NCBI RefSeq assembly: GCF_000150275.1
Contig: NW_002060943.1
Span: 3,740,008-3,804,007, forward strand
Reading direction: 5' to 3'
DNA: 64,000 nt
From: Trichoplax adhaerens
Lineage: Eukaryota > Animalia > Placozoa
Shown here: positions 55,950 to 64,000 of the stretch, piece after piece
How positions within the stretch are numbered: the first letter of the stretch is position 1
How the letters are laid out: each line of letters starts with the position of its first letter
Notes under the pieces: generated by a model
The model's database searches: none
The model's input: the letters and a program-made list of their open reading frames with translations, nothing else
What the model was told of the DNA's origin: nothing
Translations under genes and position numbers: made by a program

Positions 55950-56936
55950 ATGGATATCTATCTTAATCGCACAAGAGTCAACTCCACTTCGATTAGCAAC
56001 AGCAGTATTCCAGTAGTCACACTAGGCTTAATCAGCTTCGTAGCCGTTGTTGGTAATTCATTTAACTTGATGGTTATTCATCGCTGTCGATCATTACATA
56101 GTGTCAATACATATCTTATTGCTAATTTGGCCATCGTTGATTTTATGACTGGATTTATAACTCTACCCGTTGCAATAATCGTTCTTTTAAAGCCGATATA
56201 CAAAAACCCTGTATTGTGTCAATTGCAAGCATTTTTAGTCGTTTTATTCTATGGCGCATCGTTGTCGACTACTACTGCTATTAGTTTTGATCGCTGTATT
56301 GCTATTACTCACCCTTATTACTATAATTCTGTAGTAGCATATCAACGCTTTATAGTTCAGGTAGTCATCTTATGGCTATTACCATTAATTATGGCCATTT
56401 GTCCGCTGGTAGGGCTTGGTCGATACTTACCTACATCTAATTTATGTTGGATTAATATTTCCAAGTATCAGCACAACTATGTTATCACACTTATACTAAT
56501 CTTTTATATTTTTGTCGCGATTACGGTAACCGTTATATGTAATATCATTATTTTAGTCATCACATACCAAAAAGGAATTGGGATTTTAACCGGCCGTCGA
56601 AATATAAAAAAATCAATTAAAACGACAACATTAATAGTTGGAACTAAATTAATCACTTGGTTGCCCTTTTCAATCATTTTTGTAATGGACCTTGCACGAA
56701 AGTCAGCTATGAAATTACCGCATGGCGTTAGAATGACTTCAATCTTATTAATATGTAGTAATGCAGCAAGTAATCCCATCATTTATCTATTGACTAATCA
56801 AAATCTAACAAGTAAATTAAAATTATGGCTACGATATAAAAGTCTTAGGATAAACGTAGCCACAGTTGCTCCATTGGATCATTGCAATCAGGGTTATACT
56901 TCGGGCAATCTGATTGCTATTGATAAAACAACCTAA
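55950..56936 (+). CDS. Class A (rhodopsin-like) GPCR, intronless, orphan
   Basis: 328 aa with seven hydrophobic segments, N-glycosylation sequons (NRT, NST, NSS), TM1 GN, TM2 NLAIVD, TM3 Cys and DRC, TM4 W, ECL2 Cys, TM6 TWLP and TM7 NPIIY. Confidence 0.95.
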   Translation: MDIYLNRTRVNSTSISNSSIPVVTLGLISFVAVVGNSFNLMVIHRCRSLHSVNTYLIANLAIVDFMTGFITLPVAIIVLLKPIYKNPVLCQLQAFLVVLFYGASLSTTTAISFDRCIAITHPYYYNSVVAYQRFIVQVVILWLLPLIMAICPLVGLGRYLPTSNLCWINISKYQHNYVITLILIFYIFVAITVTVICNIIILVITYQKGIGILTGRRNIKKSIKTTTLIVGTKLITWLPFSIIFVMDLARKSAMKLPHGVRMTSILLICSNAASNPIIYLLTNQNLTSKLKLWLRYKSLRINVATVAPLDHCNQGYTSGNLIAIDKTT

Positions 56937-59900
56937 ATATTCAACCTTGAATTATTAATTTGCTTGCATTGACAGTTTCTGTTTAACTCTTAGTTTTAAA
57001 ATTGCTCCCCTTTCATCCCTGTCACCCTGTAATAAAAATTGCTTGCACATAATCACGAAATAAATAACCTTGCACTAATTGTGTACCAGTTTGACTAACT
57101 TTTATAACTGCTTTAAATAAAATATCTAAAAATAGTCGCACAGCTATAATTAATTTATACCATCATAATTAAGTCAAGTCATAAATTTCCCTTTTTTAAT
57201 GTTAAATAGACATTAGAACGAGCTAATCGTTAGAAATACATCTAGTATTAGTCAATGAAGACGAAAACAATAAATTTCTACGATAGAACTTTCCAACAGC
57301 AATTAATGCAGGGAAATAATTTGTTCTTTTTAAATGTCCATTCCATAAAATCGAACTGTTGTCGTTTAGAGCAATGCTGTACTCATGCTTAAAAATCCAT
57401 TGCAGAATAAGTTGTAATATAGTGATAATATGGCTTTAGAAATAATGAAAATTGTTGTAATTATGATTTGAAGAAATATTATGGTTCCACAATGCCATAA
57501 AAGTTGCCAGCCGCATCGGTGGTATAAATTGAAATACGTTTTAAAAAATCTACTAATAGTGAATTATACATTGGTGTGGTATGATTGTGGTGCGAAAGGA
57601 CTGGCACACTACGGTAGATTTGAAAGTGATCAATTCGAATTTAAAACAAGATTATCGTCTAGAGAATTTTTATTGCAATCCGGCCAAAGTAAAATACAAA
57701 TCAAATTTTCCGTCAAATAGATTTAAAGCCTAATTTTACCACAGAATAGCAACAATTAATATAAATCGTGTTACAAATAAACCACCATTACATATCGTCA
57801 TCAGTTTATGTATTCGATTAAAGAATCACTTTCTATCCTTAATTAATAGAAATATTATATTTTTATACTAACTTCATAAACTTGATTATTCTCAGCGTTT
57901 TTCTGAGTAATATACCTATGAGATTGATATTTACTTTATGGTCATTACTAAACCGTGAAGCATAAGTAACTATCACTTCTGATAGCTTACTTACAAAAAT
58001 AAGACAGAAACAGCCTCGGATGTCACGACTACTATAATATTTTCAGAGAAATTCATTCTAATAAATGACACATGTATTATTTTGAAACCAGCAGAAGATC
58101 CACGTACATGCGATGGCTTAGAAATTTTTATTAGCACTAGCCGAACATTGTATAATTAAGTTCTGCTTCAGTCACTTTGCTTGACAATTATTAATTTTAG
58201 TGCTTTAATTAAAACAATTTCAAGTGACGCCAATAGCCAAAATAAATTAAATGTATACAACATATCAACCTCAAATAAGCCCAATATAACTGCCCGAAAG
58301 TTAGGTCCTTAAGAATTTGACTAAGCCACTTGTAGTATAAGATTTCGACTCTAATATTACAATTATTAAGGACACCTACGATACTTTATTACTAGAACGC
58401 TTTTGGGAAATAAGCATAAGAAATGTTGTTTGCATCGTATAAAGTTAACGCCCAACACCCACAGATTTCGAATGGCGGACTAGTAGTCCGTGACGGCCTT
58501 AAATCTGTACATAATACTTTTCATCGTCTGCGAACTGTTTGATAGAGTCACTTGGATCAACAATTTCAGGATCAATTTAAACTTTGAAAATAAAATAACA
58601 AAAACTACAGCACATATTTGCCGAATCAACCCTCAACACATATAATATAATGGCAATACGAATTCTTCAATATTAAGCTACATACTAATAATGCTATATT
58701 TCTAATTTGAGGAAAAATAAGGGCGAAGCAAATATGAAAACAGGGAACATTTTCAGTTTCTTTCATTATTTAACGTCTTTAAATGAAGTATTGCAGCACG
58801 CTATAAAAAAAGTGATCTGTAATACATCATATTTATAAGATCAATTTTTTTACAATTGTAAAAAGATTATTATTTTCGTTAAAGACGACAATCAATTACT
58901 ATTAATACAGCCCTCTATTTCGAAGTTTTAATTTGAATCCTACAATTTATTAAAATTTTTGTACGAAAATAAACACCATTATTAACAGGATAAATTACCA
59001 TATAGAGAGATAACATAACCGTGATAATAAGAGATAGAAATTTGGCATTAACATATATTAAGCTAAGGATGTATAGAAGAATGCCTCGTAAAATGCATTG
59101 TTCGCTATTACACAAACTAGCAAGAATTTTGTAATGTCGAAATACCATTACCAACATGGATTATAATCTGGACCGATCTAAATCCGACTGATGGTATTAA
59201 AGAAGCAAGTTGTTTTAAAAATACAACCGGCTAGCATAACAATTGAAAATTTTAATTAAAAATGAAAGTAAGATTTAATTGACTCCATTTATTGTACAGA
59301 TAATCTGCTACGTATTCATTTAGCCTGTAATCATATACATTGCTAATTATAGACAGATCCAGGCATGTCATAGATATCGGCACTAAAAGAACCTGCGAAA
59401 AGCAGTTACATGCCTGCTTTATTTCAACGCCATTTACTTAAATTCTTCATTGTCAGCATAGTTTGCTGTCAATCTTTCTAGAATTATCATTTGCTTCATA
59501 ATAATCTTGTGAGATACTGTATCATTCGCTCTTAGCAACATCAAAAGCCCGCTAGAACTATAACATTAAACTTTGAAAGAAGAGTTTGACCATAACAAAA
59601 ATGCTAACGTGGGTACATAATTTACCATTTAGGTAAGGTTAAATATCGATCTTACTGTATAGCTATTGTGCGATTCTAAAAAGTTCATTAATCAATCGTG
59701 ACTTTTAAAATTGTTACTGACTACTCATACGACAGCTAGTCTAAGAATTTATGTTGAATCTACCCATTCTCCATGTTACGGATGTAACCGCTATACTGTA
59801 AGATTTTAATAGAAGATAATTGTTCGTTCTGCAATAATTTTCATTTGTGATTTAATGATGATGAAACGCTTGCAGCGGCTTAGATATACTGACCATATCT

Positions 59901-62900
59901 ATAGAATACTATAACATTACAATATTTGTAGCGTTACTATTTTTTAAATATCTACTTAAACGTATAAATGCTATATCAAAGTTTTATTGTAATCTATTGT
60001 GCTATAACTTAACTTTGAAGTTAAAATTACTTCTATATATATTTCCTCATAGGATTATTACAGATTCCTCGATTTATACTTGTAAGAATTATAAATAATT
60101 AATAATTGATATCTTCGCGAAATCATGCAATCAAGTGAAATATTATTGAGTAAAAAAATAAAACGTATAGCATTAAACAAAACGCTGAATTAACTAACGT
60201 ATATGGTATACTATGGGATATCTATTAGTGCAAAATCTTCGACACATTATGAATACTTTCAAAGCAGTCGATCAGTAGATTTTGTATTATCTTATACGCT
60301 ATATTGACACAACATGAAAATGATATTAAACTATAGCGATAAACGAGAAGCTCCTCTAGTACAGTAGAGAACAGTTCTGATTTTTAGGAATGATATGAAC
60401 TGGGGTACTTAGAGGCAGAATTAAATGCAAAATTCATTCTCATTTAAATATTTGACTGTTGATTAATATTTACATTCAACTTCCTCTAGTAACGTATTTT
60501 AAAACAATAATCATTATAATGACGATCTATAATTAACTAACTAATCCGTTAATTAAAACCAAATTTTAACATCTAGTTTTAGACTATTAGTTAGAATAGA
60601 CGGACTGGTTGCTATCAAAATAACTGATAGTGGATCGAACTTTATTAAAAATTAATTAAACGCGAAATAGGATGCTATGAATGATACCTTTACAGTAAGT
60701 AATCTTCCAATATACAGTAAGTGATAGCTATAAGTACGGCTCAGCAATACAATAGTCTAAATTAGCCGAACTCACGTAGTGCATAGTAAGTATTCTTAAC
60801 TATGATAGATATAAGTACGTGAATTAACTGGTTCTTTTTTTTATCCGGTAGCTCCGAAAAACTAAAATAACACATGCTGATACAGCTATCTAATCAATTG
60901 TATCATAGTAGCAATTCATTTAATTATACCAGTAATTTAGACTACAATATCCGATTTATGTTACGCAGCTAGTTACTGCAATAATGCATAACTAATTTTT
61001 CATCAATTGTGAAATTGTTTAGGATGTGCAATACATAAACGTACTAAAGAAATTAATATCAAATATTAATTTGGTAATATTCAGATTAAAACTTTATAAG
61101 ACTCTAAAGGTTTATACTGTATTATATCATATTGTCATCCACTAGCAACTCTGCAGATGCTTCGTGTACTTATATGATGACATATAAAGATTATTTATCT
61201 CCTAGCTACCGTATTTAATTATCGATTTATAGATAAACCATAATCAATACAATAACCAATGAAGCCGTAATTCTAAATGATATCGGACGAAATTAAAATC
61301 ACAAATCAGTAGAGAAAACAAGAAACGACGCAATAATTGAACATACATATCCAAATTTATCATAAAGGAAAATTTATAAAGTCCAGGACTAATTGAATAT
61401 TTCGTAATTAAATGTGACGATTTAAAATACCCTGGACAAATTAGCTACTTCTATTTCAAGGTAAAGAACAGTAATTTATTAAAATAAGAATTCTTAATAC
61501 TTGTCATAATAATTTAACTAAAGATATTTACTACTTGATCATTTAATGAATGGAAAATTTTTCGAACTTTACTGTACTTGGATAGTTGGATTAAGTGTTG
61601 TAGTTAAGTCTAAAAGAAAGGGAAAAAAAGTTTAAGTAACGAAAGTTAAAAACATAGCAGCCTTAGAATTATCTCAGGTATATTGATCTAATTTCGTTTA
61701 TAGTAACCTGTATATGAAATTTTCTGAAGTGTATAGTATTAGATTGTATGAAATAGCTAATTAGAACTAGCTTGTTTTAATTATATGACAAACCAAATAA
61801 AAATGAAAATTAAATAAATCTGGTAAATTTTTAGATAATATAGCTTACTTCTTATACTATGTGCCAACCTGTTTTAGTACCGTAACATTTTAGAAATCTT
61901 AGTTAGCTTTGATAAATAACTTTATTAAAACTGTATAACACAGTTTGGCCAATAACTAAAAGCGAACTTTCAACAATATCAAAACTGTCTCAAATTGAGT
62001 CATATTATTAATACCTGTTAACCCAAATTTCTTGATTACCTACCAGATTGTACAAATTAACTGCGTTAAATTTCGCTGCACTATGAAATTCGTAATAATG
62101 CCTGTCTATCTTATTTTATACCGGTCTTCACCAATCTTCACCTAGTAATTTCCTAAGCCTTATCAGAATATGTAAAATATCTCTGTTTCTATTAAGTGAA
62201 TTTATGTTTAAAAAATATAGCAGATAGCATACGAACGTAAAAGTCCAATTAAGAAACTGTAATCCCATTAAGTTTGTTTTATTTCGCATGCATTAATATA
62301 TTTAAACAATATTTTAAGAGCCCCTTAGATCACGCGTAGCACCTGTATTAAACCCACAAAAGTTTATCACAACCAATAATTAAGTAAAGGCTAAATATTG
62401 TTAAAATTATCTTAAATCTAAAATTTTCCTCTTTCTTACACAACTGTCTATATAAGTATATTACGAAGTGTAGCTCCGTAGATTATAGATTAGGCAATAA
62501 TAATTGATTAACCCAATTGTTAACCATTTTGGTAGACAAGTAGTAGTCGCTCCGGCTAGGACAAGCTAGTAGAGACTAGAAATCGGGTGGCCGAATAAAA
62601 AGCACTAGTGGTTTGAAAGAAACCTGAGTAGTTGTGTGACTGTCTGGAAAGACTTAGTTTTCCCTTAGAAGACTTTTAAGTCAGTGGAAGCCTTACACAA
62701 TTACCATAGCACTTGACATAACCAAATCACAAGTGGGGAATTATGACAGAGTAACAATTAGAAAGCTATCAAACTACACAAGCATTAAGACAATTTAATT
62801 CTATTTTAATAATGATAAGATGAAGACTAAATAACGTTATTATCCTATCTTAAGTGTTTCTTAATTTTTATAAATTTGCATATAACAGTATATACGTAAT

Positions 62901-64000
62901 TTGTATGTTTGTTCGTTGTGATATATACCAATCACGAAATTCCAAATTTTAGAAAAATAAGGGCCTTATTGAATCTTATACAAAGATCAACTACACACAG
63001 CTCTACTTTAGCCGAATACTACTACTAAAGACTTCTAGAACGAACTAATTGAATAATCTAAAGTTGCATGCTTTTGTACTTTTCGTAGCATTCGCAGCTA
63101 CAATCCGCATGGCAACCTTTTACCTTATATTACACATAGTTAAATTATTCTTAGTCAGACTATTTTACTGCGGACCATCATTAATCCAATATGGATACGA
63201 CTACAGTACTTACGTTGATATCATTCACACCAGCCAAAGTACAATGAATTAACCATATCCTAATATATGATTTACAGTTCTATTTTTACCTATAACCTTA
63301 TTAGTAACTCAACAGCTTACTGTATATAGTCATCTGTACTCTAGCATAGAGTCTATACCACTACAGTCTATAGTTATAGCTACCAAATATCTCTTAGGAT
63401 AAATATCTACCGTACATTATACTACACATGGCTAACAGTCTACAATCACAATACTAAGTTACATTACAAACGTGAAAGCGTTTTGGGAATCCATCTGATT
63501 ACATTAAATAGGTAGATTAAAACTAGCTAGCCTATTTAGCCAGGAATGAAATAAAAATTAATTAATTCAAAATATTATATGTTGTCACATTTTTCGTATA
63601 TTAAACTGTAATGAAATGAAATGTGTAGAGATCAAGCTACGAAACTTTAACAAACTTTGATTCTACTTTCGCTGCACTCCGGTCGACTTAACGCTAATAC
63701 TTAGACACCAAATAAAATTTGGGGAAATAACCGAACAACAATTTATTTCAAAACAAAAATGGAGAGAAGTATAAACCGAACAACCGCACAAATACTTAGC
63801 TTTAAGTATTATTAAAATAAATGGCAGACTTAAAAACTGTCAACGACCAAACAACCTTTCAAAAAGAAGAACGTTTTAACTTACGACAATTCGACCCCGA
63901 AGGCCTTTTAAATTCAACAAGTTCTTCAAATAAAATCTTCTTCTACTCTCCCTCTAAATTTTCTAATTGCACTATCATTTATAGGCTTCGTAGAGCCGTC

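Noticed and set aside
55950-56936. Retinal-binding opsin identity for the GPCR
   Set aside because: The position equivalent to rhodopsin K296 is Cys (CSNAASNPIIY).
57000-64000. Short ORFs at 57481, 58915 and 63049, and a GC-richer patch at ~62530-62750
   Set aside because: No motifs, terminal repeats or consistent exon chain were found.

Overview
AT-rich, intron-dense eukaryotic DNA, not prokaryotic. The compact gene packing, mostly 70-120 nt introns and metazoan gene set suggest an early-branching animal, most plausibly a placozoan such as Trichoplax (inference; no search was run). I spliced the genes by hand. In order they are: a Sulf1/2-type extracellular sulfatase (minus, 3' end outside the window), IFT43 (plus), tRNA-Ser(CGA) (minus), a USP53/USP54-family deubiquitinase (plus), RNA polymerase I subunit RPA2/POLR1B (minus), AMPK beta subunit (plus), an OSR1/SPAK kinase (minus), a predicted type I membrane protein with a lone LRRCT-like cap (plus, 5 exons, only the last in the ORF track), and a single-exon class A GPCR (plus). 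Several tandem repeat arrays lie in promoters and introns. I found no CRISPR array or autonomous transposon, and no clearly new multi-gene system is demonstrable. The best leads are the reconstructed membrane protein, the repeat array in the POLR1B/AMPK-beta divergent promoter, an orphan two-hairpin element near 12.05 kb, promoter-clustered TACWGTA motifs, and several splicing oddities.
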